Shown: positions 11,612 to 25,030 of the stretch, in pieces
Layout: each line of letters begins with the position of its first letter
Position numbering within the stretch: the first letter of the stretch is position 1
Origin: Felis catus
Taxonomy: Eukaryota
DNA length: 64,000 nt
NCBI RefSeq assembly: GCF_018350175.1
Contig: NC_058368.1
Coordinates: 37,140,001 to 37,204,000 of the forward strand
Direction of reading: 5' to 3'
The notes under the pieces: generated by a model
What the model was told of the DNA's origin: nothing
The model's database searches: none
What the model saw: only the letters and a program-made list of their open reading frames with translations
Made by a program: the position numbers and the translations under genes

Positions 11612-11790
11612 AATTTTATTTCCAAAATTTTATTATGAAAAGTTTCCAGCAGAAAAGTTGAAAAAATTGTACAGTGAACAGCTATATATATATATGATAT
11701 ATACCACCTAAATCTAATAATTATTATTTGTTATGTTTTCTTTATCACATATCTATACACCTGTCTTTCCATCTATCCAGTCACCACCCA
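11612..11790 (-). mobile_element. Ancient L1 3' end
   Basis: ttttattatgaaaa..agaaaagttgaaa..tacagtgaaca. Confidence 0.65.
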
Positions 11791-12421
11791 ATTTTAAAGG
11801 ATAAAAGAATATGTATGTGTAGTGGGGAGTAGCACAAGACTCAGGCACAGATTGTCATCCAATAAAAATTATGTATTCTTCTAAGAATTTTTGCTTACAG
11901 CCGATATTTCCTTGTTAGGTTAAAAAATTAAATCCAGAACAGAATTTGGAGATAAGGTAGGTCTCACCACCATCATTTTCTTCATTATCCAAATGATAAT
12001 GGCCAAATCAAATGATAATTATCCAAATGACTATGGCCAAATCAAATGATTTGTGCAAGATATTTAGAAGGTTAATCATGAATCGTATTTCGTGTTTTCT
12101 AGCTCAACATTCTGTGCACAAATCCGCGTTTTCTCACAATATAAATGATTCATATTTTAAATGAATAAACTGTGTTTCTATTACTGAATTATAAGAATTA
12201 CTTTGTAGTTCATTTATGAAGATGCAATGCTGACAAAATCATGCATTTTTAAAATTGAGAGGGATCTTAGTATCATCTGCGTTTTGTTCCAACCCTACTG
12301 CCCATTTGAAACCTGACTCTTAAGTGGGTGGGTTAGTACTTTGAAATAATGTGTAAGGCAATTCAGTTCTTTTTTCTAATTTTATTTACTTGGAGTGAAA
12401 CATTAAGTATATAAATGACCC

Positions 12422-12467
<46 letters not shown>

Positions 12468-14477
12468 GCTCCCTTTTTATCTCCTTTACTCATCTTTGGA
12501 ATATTTATCTTCATGCCAGCAACTCCATCAGGGAAGTTTTCAGATTAGGGGAGAGGAAATGGAACTCAGAGTAGTCCCATTTTATTTGTTAATAAGAAGG
12601 AGGTTGAAAGTAATGGTTAAAATTGGATTTTTAAGCTATCAGTGGATGTAATTTATTCCATCATGCTGGGTCCCCATTTGCCTTCTCCTTATTGCAGGTA
12701 ATTGAGAATTAGTCACGTTTGTTATTTTTAGCCCTCCCTGATTTTGTCTGGAAGTGGAAATGAAATTACAAAAACAGGTAAAGAAAAGCTATCAAAAATA
12801 TTTTAAAGTCAACTCTCCTGATTCAGTGAGCCAGGAAATATTAGGAAACTTGGAAAAGGATTGTTTTAAGATAAAAACTCAGTGGGTTTTGTTTGAGCTG
12901 ATTATTCATTTAAATAACCAAGATCGAGTCGAATCACCCAGAAGATAACCTTGCCACACATCCTAAAGGAAGTGTGTTGGTACGAAGAAGAGAGCAGAGG
13001 GTGCTTATTTCATTTATTTTATTACTAATGCTTGATTTGAGAAAATGACTTTTTGAAGCTTCGGAAATAGGACATTTACCTTAGTTTTTTTCTCGTTTGC
13101 CCTTGAAGGTTTACCCATTAACACAAACCGCTTTTTTTAGAAAAAACATTCCAGATGCATTTTAAAATTTGATGGTCAGTACACAGTTTAATCTGAAACA
13201 AAAAAAAAGGCCAATTTATATTACCAAGTACCCTCAAAATAGAAAGGAGAACTCATAGTGTTGTTTCTTTGTAAGGATTTAAATTCATGTACAGGCTGTT
13301 AATTTGAAGGGCATTTGAAGTTTGAATTATAATGCATCAGTCATCCTTGAAAACTCAGGCAATTAATATACACAAATACAAAATTCCCTAAACAATATTT
13401 TTGTCCACACTTCATTTATATATGCTTATAGGAATTACTCATGCTAAACTGCAATTCATCAAATCCCTGGTAACAAAACAAATCATCCTGTCATTTTATA
13501 CTTAAAAATGTCAATACTAACTTTTTTCAAAATGCAGGTATGGCATTTGATTGCAAATGCTTAGTGATGCCAGGATTCTCATCTTAATAGAAGGAAGAAT
13601 GTTCTATTTTAAAAATTACTATGCCAGTTAACAAAGTTATTATTAACATAATAAATTGTTGTTACCTTTGTTAAAATGATCTTCTGACATCCTGGCACAT
13701 TTAACACATCTACCAAGTGGATGTTATTCGGAAATCACCCTAGAGATCAGTATCATCACCTTTAAATACATATACTTATAATAATGGCAATGCCCTGTGC
13801 TCTGTTACAGATCTTGTTGGCTTTTTACACAAGTAAATTAACCCTGTGGCAGTCCTCTATCACTGAAAAATAAATAGAAAGAACTTCTCAATAAATAACT
13901 TTAAAGAATAATGCCTTTTATGCCCAAATTTACAAATTTGGGAATTTACAAATGACTTGGCAATGTATTTGGAGGAACCGAATGCCAATATTTTATTCAT
14001 TCTACTTTTGAATTTTTATTTTAAAACCAACAGACTGTGGTTTTTTAATCTTTCTAATTTTTCCTTTCGTTGTATTTATTCATGTCCTTCAGAGCACACA
14101 GAAATTCTTAAGAATTTGGATAAGCATGGGAAATAACCTAATCATATTAATGATTTTAGAAGTACACATTCTCTAATTGACAATGGTAAAAAGTTAATGT
14201 TTATAATTAATTTGATAAAGAAAGGACTAGGGGTTATGAAGGCCCAGGAATGAAGAAGGTAAGTGGTATATGCCACAAATAAATTATAATGGGACAGAGA
14301 ACCAGCAACATTAAATTTGGAGAGATTTTACTTACCTTTGAAGATACCAACAGAAAGTCATCTTCCTTACCTTATTCCATGACCTTTATTCCTATGTAAT
14401 TCTCAGCCTCAGCTTTGCAAGCCCTTCACTGTGGGACTCACTCGTCTTCCCAAATCAGGATAGAGTGGGCAAAAGAG

Positions 14478-14728
14478 CCTGGCTGATTCAGTTGGTAGTG
14501 TGTGTGACTTTGTGAGTTCAAGCCCTGCATCAGGTGTAGGGATTTCTTTGCGTGGGGGGGGCGGGGAAGGGGGGGCGGTGTAGGGATTTCTTTGCGTGGG
14601 GGGGGCGGGGAAGGGGGGGCGGTGTAGGGATTTCTTTGCGTGGGGGGGGCGGGGAAGGGGGGGCGGTGTAGGGATTTCTTTGTGGGGGAGCGGTGTAGGG
14701 ATTTCTTTAAAAGAGAGAGAGAGAGAAG
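14478..14728 (+). mobile_element. Short old Can-SINE with an internal minisatellite
   Basis: cctggctgattcagttggtag..gtgagttcaagccc..ggtgtagggatttcttt-aaaa. Confidence 0.75.
14533..14708 (+). repeat. G-rich 44-bp minisatellite
   Basis: Units start at 14533, 14577 and 14621 (44 bp each), 14665 (27 bp) and 14692 (partial); all begin ggtgtagggatttcttt. Confidence 0.95.
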
Positions 14729-15559
14729 GCATATTTAGAAAGTCATGTGGTTTTCAAGAACAGGAGCTGATTATAATGTCTTTCTTCAAAATAAAAAGTG
14801 GGCTCTCACTCATGAATATTAGACTCCTTATTATGGAAAAAGTTTTATGAGCTCAGACTCAGTATACATGTTCTGACAGATAATCAGACAGCATAGTTGA
14901 AATCAGTACATTCTTCAAAATAATAAAATAATCATGAACTTCTGGATTTGGACCTCTCCTTAACCTCTCTACCTTTGACTCCAGGACCTACAAACATCTC
15001 AGTGATTTTTTTTTTCCTTTGCTTTCGGCCACATCTTTCCTTGTGATCTTAGAATCCTCTGAACTTTTGTTGGGTATTTGATTGCTATTTTTTCTCCTTT
15101 GGAATTTTTTAGTTTCTTTCCACAGAAACTTGAACTTGTCCATTTGATTGGAACTCTACTCTTTTCATTTAGAAATCACAGGACTCATTTCTGCCTGAAG
15201 AATCACCAAGGTCATAAAAGTGTCATATTTCTAGGCTGTGTATAAAATTATGACAACTGCTGACATGCTAATAAGCAGATCCTGTGGCCTCTTCTGATTC
15301 AATTTTACTTTACTCCCTTCCAGGATTCTAGGGAGCAACACCATGCCCGCACTCCAGCTTATTCCTCAGCAGTCCTTAATTTTACACAGCATGGTAGTTA
15401 TTTCTTTTCCCCAGAATTCCAGAGACTTTTTTTGTCATTTGGGGCTGAGGGTAGAACCACTTCTTCTGGGAGTCCTGCCGACAACCTGATCTGTCTCCCA
15501 AGCTCTTTCTTTTCTTTCATCCTTATTGCTGTCACTGCTTCGTGTTTTATTACTCATTA

Positions 15560-15700
15560 TTTCTTAATTTGTTTATTTGCCTTCTTCCTCCACTGGAACA
15601 CAAGAGCCATGACCTGAGGGACCAGATCTGTCTTGTTCACTACCTCAGAAGCACAGGGCCTGGCATAGAGAAGACTTTCAGGAAATGTTGGTTGAATGGC
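15560..15700 (+). mobile_element. L2 3' fragment
   Basis: tgtcttgttcact..gcctggcatagag..aaatgttggttgaatg. Confidence 0.7.
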
Positions 15701-16838
15701 AGGCTGGATATTGACAAATGAAAGTCTGTCTAAAATTACTGATGCTAGGCATCTCTCTGAATAAATAAAAGAATAACAGTTAAAATGGTACCTTAATTTT
15801 GTCTAACTGAAAACATGGGATTATATAGACTTTAAGTCATTTTAGAAAGAATGTTATATTTGTTAAATATAACAAATCTCAATTCTAACAATATTCTAGA
15901 TACAGCTAAGCTATTCAAAAATATTAATAATTGATAATTATGATTGTGTAATTGATTTTGAATTTTGTTTCTGAACATCATTAGTATGCTTACAGTCTGG
16001 TGAAAATGAAAACATTTCTTGTGCTTTTAACGATGTTTTAATTTAAAGGTACATACATTCTTTGATGACCTTGGAGATGATTTTTTCAATCATCATGGCT
16101 GGTTGTGTCTGGAGGTTTTATTTCTCTTTTTCTGCTGCTGCTACCAGAATGTGCCCTTGATTTTTCTCTCTTCTGAACTGATACTTTTGTTCCTGTCCAG
16201 AAATCAAAAACAGCATGTGAGCATTACATCATACATAATTTTTTCCACCAAAACATTTGAGGATAACTTGGATTCATTTATTAGAGTTTTATTTTCCCAA
16301 ATCTTGTAATACCCTAGAGTTCTACAGTAACTAACCTTACACTGAATGCCAGAGGACATGTACTAAGCTCTTACTTAAAAATCTATTTATGATGTATTTT
16401 AAATATTCAGTAGAGACTTCTTAAACATGCAGCCTTAGTTTATTGAAAATGGATTTCCTAAAACCAGGAGATTGGATATTAATATCAAGCATTCATATAA
16501 AACAGGTTTTGCTAATCTATTATACAAAGGAATGATTATGATGATCATATATTGTTTGTCAGCCCAGTTACATTTTTCTATATTAGTAATTGCTATCTAT
16601 AGCCCACCCGTTGTGTTTTATGCTTTGTTTTCATTTTTAACTTATGTTTGATTCATGTTTCTGATGGAATGAAGGTTGTTCATTAATATAGAAACTTCAG
16701 GCATTTCTGCTTTACAATTCCAGTAAAAGAAATTCTTAAAATTCTGAAATTATAGCTAAGGAACTAGTACCTACCTGCTTGGGGTGTTATAGCCATCCTT
16801 TTGGTATTACTGCATAAAAAGGGACTTACATTGACATT

Positions 16839-17049
16839 TGTGGTTCTAAACCAGTGAGAATTTTGTCACCTGGGAGACATTTGGCAGTGTTTAGAGACAT
16901 TTTGGTTGTCACAACTGGAGTGTGCTAATGGCATCTAGTGAGTAGAAGCCAGGGAAGTACTACACATCCTATAACGCACAGAACAGCCCTCCACAACAAA
17001 GAATTGTATGGTTCAAAATGTAAATAGTGTTAAGACAGAGAAACACTAG
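16839..17049 (+). mobile_element. MER20-like hAT DNA transposon
   Basis: gacatttggcagtgtttagagacattttggttgtcacaactgg..ggcatctagtg. Confidence 0.88.
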
Positions 17050-17238
17050 TTTACACAAAGTTCTAAAAATTGGTTGACTTCAGATAAAAGGCATGCTTAC
17101 TTAAAGTATTTATTTAAAGTTCTCCCAAAAGGCTAAGATGTTAAAAAAAATGTTTTCTCTGAGGAGAAGAATACTAGGGATAATAAGAAATGAAGTCATA
17201 GGTAATGGAGGAAAAGATTGTGAACGCTTCTGTAGTCC

Positions 17239-17465
17239 CTTCTAAGAAACTTGGCTTTGGGGCACCTGGGTGGCTCAGTTGTTTAAGCGTCCGAATCTTG
17301 ATTTTGGCTCAGGTCGTGATCTCAGTTTATGAGTTTGAGCCCCACATTGGGCTCTGTGCTGATAGTGTGGAGCCTGCTTGGGATTTTCTCTTCCTCTCTG
17401 TCTCTACCCCTTCCCCACTTATGCTCTCTGTCTCTCTCAAAATAAATATATAAACTTAAAATAAA
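17239..17465 (+). mobile_element. Can-SINE
   Basis: TSD agaaa(c/t)ttggcttt. Confidence 0.93.
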
Positions 17466-17571
17466 AGAGAGAAATTTGGCTTTTACTTTGTACAAGATAA
17501 GAACCTATTATATGGTATTGAGCAGAGGAGAAACAATCTAATTTATGTTTTCACAGGATCATTGTGCTTCC

Positions 17572-18170
17572 ATGGTAGACATAACGCTAAAGCTATTCTC
17601 CAAGGTTCCCTTCCCCTCATTATTCAATTAAACACGAATCTAGGTACTAAAGTGAAGGGACTTTGAAAATGTAGTTATGATCATTGGCCTTAAGGTAATA
17701 AGATCATCACAGATGATCCAATCTAATCACTAAAGACCTTAAAGCAGAAAAATTTCTACATCTGGTGTTAGAGGGATGTGGTAGAAGAGGGAGGGAGGCA
17801 GAGGGGAGATTCAGTGTGCGGGGAACATTCCACCCACTTTTGGTAGCTTTGAAGGTGGAAAAAAGGCCACAAACCAAGGTTTATGGGTGGCTTCTGGAAG
17901 CTGAGACAGAAGAGACAGGACTCGCGGGTCTACACTGCATAGAATTGAATTCTACCATCAACCTGAACAACCCATGGAAGCATGCTTTTCCCTAAAGCCT
18001 CTAGAAAAGAACACAGCCCTGCTTACACCTTGATTTTGGCTTAAATAGAAAACCAGCTGAGCCACACTGTGCCTGGACTTTGGACCATGGACACTGTAAG
18101 ATAATAAACAGTGGTTTTAAGCCTCTAATTGTGTGGTAATTTGCTTCAGCTACAATGGTAAACGAATACA
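17572..18170 (+). mobile_element. MaLR (MLT1-type) solo LTR inserted in L2
   Basis: gtgaagggactttg..ctgtaagataataaa..ttttaagcctctaattgtgtggtaatttg..aataca. Confidence 0.85.
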
Positions 18171-18530
18171 GTTGCTCTGCTGAGAATTGTAGATTCTAGA
18201 AAAGCAAGGGTAGAAACAGGAACAACTGGGGATGCCTCTGGTAACCTGGACAAGAGATGACGGTAACATAGAGCAAGATGGGGGTGGTGGTAATGATGAA
18301 TAGCAGTTGAATTCTGGGCATGTCTTGAATATAGAGCCAATAGAATTTTTCTGATGAATTGGATAGGTGTTACGAAAGAACTAGAGGATACAAGGAAAAT
18401 ACCAAAGGTTTTGTGTGAACTGGATGGATGGGCTTGTCATGAACTAAACCAGTTAAGACTGAGCAGATTTTAAGGGAAAGATTAAGATGTTGGCTTTGCA
18501 TAAGTTGAGTTTATGATTCTTGTTAAGAGT
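18171..18530 (-). mobile_element. L2 fragment (continues from 17470-17570)
   Basis: Purine-rich L2 body flanking the MLT1 LTR. Confidence 0.6.
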
Positions 18531-19689
18531 TTATTTTAAAGTATTTAGCAGCAGAGAGAGCAAATGTTTGACACGTGTACCTCCTCAACCTTTTCCACTG
18601 CTCATAGATCACTTCACACTTGGCAGCTGATTCAAGACATTAATTTCATCAGAACCCTTCCTAGCTCAGCATTCAAGGCAGCACTATCAAAAGAGAGATG
18701 TCATAACTCAAGATAAGACCATTTGCCATGCTTATTGTTCCAGTGTCTTTTGAATCACACACCAGGTGTATAAAACATGAATACTTCTTCCTGTATATTG
18801 CTCAATAATTTAGGAATATGTCAGTGTACTGCATTTATCATAGAAATGTGTAACTCTAAATTATAAAGGTCTTCAGTGATTATGAACAATTTATTTTAAT
18901 GTAACATACTTCATATCCTCCCATTCTCCTTTAGTCAAAATATATTTTTTTTTTCCTCTTGATTAAAAAAAAATAAAAGACACTATGTACAGTTTCAGGA
19001 AACATTATTAACTCACCCCTTTTATAGTCACACAGACATATAACTTTATCTTTATCTTGTGATCATGCAGAGGACTGGGTTTGAGGCTTCCTGGAGGTGA
19101 ACACCCATGTATTTATTCCTAAAATAAGCATGCAAGTTAGAGTTAGCGAGATGAGATCAAGAGATACTTTTGGCAAAGAATCAGGCTGGGAGATGTTCAG
19201 TAAGGGTGACTTTTCTAGACTCACTGATCAACTCGTAGGAGTAGTGCTTGGGTTGGTGGCACTGATGCTTTGTTAGGGATAAGTGACGAATGAGGCCTTC
19301 TAGCCATGTCACTCTGAAACTATCACTTCTTATTGTTGTAAAACTGTGTTTCTCCAGCCATATCCTCTGGATCCAGTATTGTCTACCTCCTTGGTACAGT
19401 TTCATACTACCCCACATATGCCACTTGGCATCGCTGTGCATAGTTTATGATTACTAGATGATACTTGTCCACTTTGCAGCTGGGCAGCACTGACCAATCT
19501 GTAGACATGCACTATTGATTGTCTGGATTGTCTTTAAGACCAAGTGGGCACAGTGCCCAGAAGAGCTGACCAGGATCACCACAATATTCCATTGGTGGTG
19601 GAATAGTTACCCTCTCACAGCGCACGGTTGCTGACATACCTGGAGAGTCATACATTAGGGCACACTGACACACAAAAATGTTCACAAGT

Positions 19690-19699
19690 ACACACACAA

Positions 19700-19729
<30 letters not shown>
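19690..19729. repeat. (CA)n microsatellite
   Basis: Direct reading. Confidence 0.95.
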
Positions 19730-19730
<1 letters not shown>

Positions 19731-21282
19731 ACTACATATACCCTCCCACAATGCCATTAGGTCTTTTCCCTGGCATCTTCTTACTTTGTGTGCTCTTGGA
19801 ATATTCTGAATTCCTATACCATATCATCCAAATGACAAAAACAACACTCTGACTTTAGGAGGAGTACGGGGGGGGGGGGCGGGTATCAGGACTTTGTCCT
19901 TCTTGAATTTGAGTCACACTGCTTATTCCCTGGCAGAACTGATTGCCATGACCATCTTTTCAGAAAGGCTGTCTTTCCTCTCCTGGCCCTTAAGAATCAT
20001 AGCATCTTCTGAGCTTTCCAGACAGTCTGTTCATGCCGTATGGACTTTTTAATTATCTGTATTATTTTGGCAGTTTGGGCATCTAAAGAATAAACTCCTG
20101 AATAGCAGAAAATATGAAACAATCTCAAGCTAATGGTGCCTAATAAATATTCCTTGAATGAATCAAGCCATTAGATAAACAACACTTTCTTATTATGATA
20201 GTATAATGGCAAAGAATCAAAGACTCACTACTTTCCTTTCGACTGAAGCTTCAAACTCCTTTTGGCACATTGGTTTATTTTTGCTGAATCCGAGTCTGAG
20301 TAGACATGTAATGAAACTTTAAGGCTGGTTTGGCTAATAATTTCAAGAAAACTAGAAGTCTTAAGAAATAGAAGAAATCTTGTCTTCCATAGAAATTGTA
20401 TAAAATATATTTTGCAATAAAAGATTCTCCTTTTGGCTATCATAAAGACGAAACGATCCTCTATAAATCAAGCTTGGCAAAAGCTTATTTAATTTGGTAT
20501 GCTTGGAAGTTAACCAAACTAATTTATAAGTGTCACTCATCCTTTTGTTAATTCATTTCACTGACAGGCTTTGAAAAGAATGTAGAGACATTTCATCACA
20601 GGGTCACCTGTGGGCCATACTTAGCACTAATTAGAAAGATGGCTCACCACAAGTGAGATATTAAAACATAGAAGAGAGGCTCTTACTTCAAGATATCCTC
20701 ATTTATTTCTTCTCAGCCATGCCATGCTGACAGATCATTATGTGTCCAATACCACCATTTTGCCATTTAGTATAGAAGTCAATGGCAATCAAAACATCAG
20801 TTGTAATTGTAGTAAACAGCAACCTCAATTTCACGTGGATTTCCCTCTTATCATTTCAGAGGAATGGAATGTAGATAAATACTATGATGAGAGTGGAGAT
20901 GAGACAGATATTATTATATATAGAAGAGCCTAGTGCAGAAGTTGTGGACTGCTTTATGATGACTATTTACCAGTTTGAAGATAATGAAAGTTTTCCTCAG
21001 CTAAAGACTGAATAATTTTAGAATCTATGCGCAAACCTTTAATAAACTTCATTAGTGGATGTGGGATATATTTGACTACTGACTCTGCTAGTCATGATTC
21101 ACTTTGCTGGTTTATTTGGCTGAAAATAAAGTATGCCCTGAAAGGACTGACTGTGTAATCATGTTTTTTTTTTTAATTTTTGTAAAATATTTATTGCTTT
21201 AATAAAAATAACTGTATGTCTTCTTGGTTCATTTAGAAAAAAAAATACATGAGTATCCAAAACTGTCAAGATAGTTGGTTAG

Positions 21283-21890
21283 ATTCATTCACTCATACAA
21301 AAGTATTGCACACCTACTATGTGTTACTGTATTAAGCATGGAGGCTATAAAAGACAAAAAACCCTACCCTCTTAGCGTATATATGCATTGTAGTCTGGAA
21401 AGACAAAATCAATGAAAAGAAAAAGTTTGTGAAATACTAAGTGGCGATACATATATGGAGAAAAATAAAACAGAGAATGGAGTCGGGGTAATGGAAGATA
21501 TGCTTTTTAAATAGAGTCATCAGGGAATGTTTCATTGAAAAAAAATTACATTTAACTGAATACCTTGCATTTGGCAACTGAATAACATTTGGGTAACAAG
21601 TACAGTAACAGAGAGCAAAGGCCCTTGTCTGGATGAGCATGGTCCGTTGCAGGAGGCTGGAAAGCTAGAGCAAAGTGAACAAAGATAGGACAGAAAGAAG
21701 TGAAGTCAGAAGAGAAATAAGGATTCAATGTCATTAAGCCTTATAGGTCAGGGTATTGATGGGAATTTACTCAGGGTAAGGTGGGAGCTATTGGAAGTTT
21801 TTAAGCCAGAGGAATGATAAAACCTGACTCTTACATTAACAGGACCACAGATATGTTGAGCATAGACATGGGAAGAGCAGAAGCAGAAAG
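21283..21890 (-). mobile_element. L2 fragment
   Basis: attcattcactc..cacctactatgtg..gcaaaggcc..gggagctattggaagtttttaagc. Confidence 0.75.
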
Positions 21891-22090
21891 GTGTGCCTTC
21901 TAGTCATTCGTTTATTTATTCATTCATTCATACAACAAATATATATCCAACATTTGCAATGATTCTGTCTGGAAAAAGAAGTGGAATTTCCTGAGACTCA
22001 ACTCATTCATTGAATTCAAATCATTTTTATAAAAGCATAGGAAATTCCTTTTTTAAATCTTTTTTTTTTTTTTACAAAAAATGACTTGAA

Positions 22091-22273
22091 TTTTTTTTAA
22101 TGTTTATTTATTTTTAAGAGAGACAGAGTACAAGCAGGGGAGAGGCAGAGAGAGAGGGAGACACAGAATCCAAAGCAGGCTCCGGGCTCTGTCAGCACAG
22201 AGCCCAGTGCGGGGCTCAAACTCACCACCAGCTGAGGTCAGACGCTTAACTGACTGAGACACCCAGACACCTC
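22091..22273 (-). mobile_element. Can-SINE with internal deletions
   Basis: Degenerate TSD tacaaaa..ttgaattt. Confidence 0.9.
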
Positions 22274-23529
22274 TACAAAAGGGATTTGAATTTCATGAGT
22301 GAACTGATCCTAGAAAAGATGCTTTTATTTCTAATAAATGGAGAATTCCCTGTCCACATTAAGTGTGACACATTCAGTTCTGGTCACAATGACTGATCTG
22401 GAGAAAATGAAACTAGTAAACAAAAATAACTCCAAGGAGCTAGTGTTTCATTGGTGGTTATAAGAGGTGATCCTTTTTGAAGAGGAAGAACACTGGGATT
22501 ATTTATCATATATTACATTTTTATAAATATTATAAGACTAACACGTTATTTATATATGATTTCTTAGAATTTTGGAAATAAAGACAGCAGGGCTGTGATA
22601 CCTAATCCAAAAGAAAGGCAGTGAGTTGGTTCAGGAAGCAACAGACGGGTTCAGTGGGCAGGTTATCAAAAATTACTCTGAGAACGTTTAGATGACTTTC
22701 AAAGTTCATCATTAGTGAAAAAAATTGTTGTTTATGTACTTTATGAAATACAAGAAAATATAGTGATGCTGCATTTCATAGAGTCATTTCTGTTCAATAC
22801 TCTGTTTCATCTGTCCATTAAAGACTTTAGGATTGATTATGCTGTTTTTACATGTTCTTTTCACTGAGTATTAAAATAATCTTCTGCTTTGTTGGATGAA
22901 AGTAATATGTAAAAATCTGTGTACATAATTTTCACTTCAGTTAATTTTAAGATTCCAAATACCACATGTTACTTTGATTTGAAGATTCCTTTTTATGAGC
23001 TGCCCTGTATTTTTAACAATTCCTCAACTTAATTTTACTAGTGACTACCATCCTGTATCTAACATGCTGCTTTGGGAAGACATAAAAGCACTACTAAAAG
23101 CACTATTGGGAGCAATTTGACAAAACCCTTGGAGGCATAATAGATTTTGCTAATAGATATTTTCTGGAGCTACGTTGTATAATTACTAGATCCAAATTGA
23201 TTCTGTTTTTTTCCCAGAGTCATATGGATATTCATATGTGAAGTACTAAAATTATGTTGAAATTCAGTTTACCAACTATTAGTGAAATAATTTACTGGCA
23301 TAATAATGGGGGGATTGAAACTCTTGAAGAAAATGAATTCTAGGTTTCTTTTGATGTGAATTTCCACAATGGCAATATTTCTGATATTTGCATCGCTGTC
23401 ATAAAGCACTATTGGAAGGTGATTTCTTTTATGAACTGTAATTCCTTATGTCTTTTGAAAGATTTATTGTTCACAGTGGGAGAGCTCATTCTCTGTTTTT
23501 GCAGTCTCTTCTCCAATTCATAATTTTTA

Positions 23530-23900
23530 CCTCAGTCTTTTATATCTCAGGAAATGGCATTGCCTTTACCCAGCTGCTCAAGCAAGAAATGTAGAAGTTA
23601 TCTTCAGTTCCTTCATTTCCTTTACCTAACCCTCACCTCCCTGAGATCCCTCAGATCAACTCATCAACGAAGGTTCAAATTTCATATTGTGAGTCTGACC
23701 TTATTTGCCCACTTTCAATACGCTACCCTTTCCTGAACTCCATCCATTCCTAGCTGGATGACAGTGTTAGCTATTGCAGTCTAGCTGATTTTTCTTCTTC
23801 TTCCATCCACCACCCCCCCAAGAAAACCAAACAAAACCAAACCAAACAGCACAAACCAACTCTACCTAAGAATCTTTTCTCTACACATTAGCACTGGAGC
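23530..23900 (+). mobile_element. L2 fragment
   Basis: atctcaggaaatggca..cccagctgctcaagcaagaaa. Confidence 0.6.
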
Positions 23901-24817
23901 AGATCATTGCTCTGACCTGCATAACACTGGTACAGTCCCATTTGAAGCTTTTTTACTTTTTATTTAGAGCTGCTTTCCAGTGCTCTTAATGTAGAACTTT
24001 CTGAAGTTCTCAATCTCATGTGCATTAAGTACAATTATGCCACATAATATCAATTTAAGACTCAAAGTAAAAGCAGCTCTAGTCACTGTGAGATGTAGAT
24101 GAGACAGTGCCCGGAGATCACATCAATTTCTAGAAATAAGTAACTTCCATTTTAATGTTCAGAAAGGATCCATTTGTTTCCATAGCTTGATTTTTACGTG
24201 ACCTTCTTTGGCCTCCTTCTTGATACAACATTGAAGCATACGGGGATGTTAATTAATTTCCCTGGCAATGTGGAGATGTTGGTAGGAGGAAAATGGTTGG
24301 AAAAAGAATGCACTGAGTAGGAGGGAAGCCTGCATGGGTCTACACGTTAGAGAGAGCCTTGAGTGCTTAGGATCCAGTAGTCATCATGTATGGCGTTTTG
24401 TTCAGGGGTGAGGGGAACCGAGTATTTCTGAGCCCTGAGTCATAAAGGGAGAGCTTTCATGCTGCACTAAAAAGTTGGGATTGCGTCTCAAAAGACTGTG
24501 GTGAGGCATTGAAGGATTTTATTATGTCTACTGTTGATTTTCAAAGTCTGGTGGGTTTGATTTTTCTTCAGAGTTTGAAAACAATACTCTCCAAAGCTCC
24601 GCTCGGAAATACAAATCAAATACAATAGCTTTAAATCAGTAGAGATGAAACATGCCTTCAAACATGTCAAAATTAAGCGAGGGTGAAATTTGGTCAAAAT
24701 AACACTTCCTTCAACGGCTTCTCCCATACCTTCAAAGTAATCATGGATTTTCAGACTGTGGTGAATGTGGAGTGAATTTAGTGAATTTTCAAACCAAAGG
24801 TTAGAAAAGGAAAAATA

Positions 24818-25030
24818 GGGTTGCCTGGGTGGCTAGGTTGGTTAAGTGTACAACTCGGTTTCAGCTCAGGTCATGATCTCATGGTCCCTGAGTTCGAGCC
24901 CCACATTGGGCTCTGTGCTGACAGTGCAGAGCCCTCTTGGGATTCTCTCTCTCCCTTTCTTTCTGCCACTTCCCTGATCACTCTCTGTCTCTCTCAAAAT
25001 AAATAAACTTTAAAAAAAAAAAGGAAAAAA
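24818..25030 (+). mobile_element. Can-SINE
   Basis: Head, CT tract, A tail. Confidence 0.93.

Noticed and set aside
14533..14708. Repeat-spacer pattern resembling CRISPR
   Set aside because: The spacers are identical G runs, the repeat is a SINE end, and the DNA is mammalian.
24571..24682. Plus-strand exon candidate with several CpGs
   Set aside because: All three frames contain stops and no protein family is recognisable.
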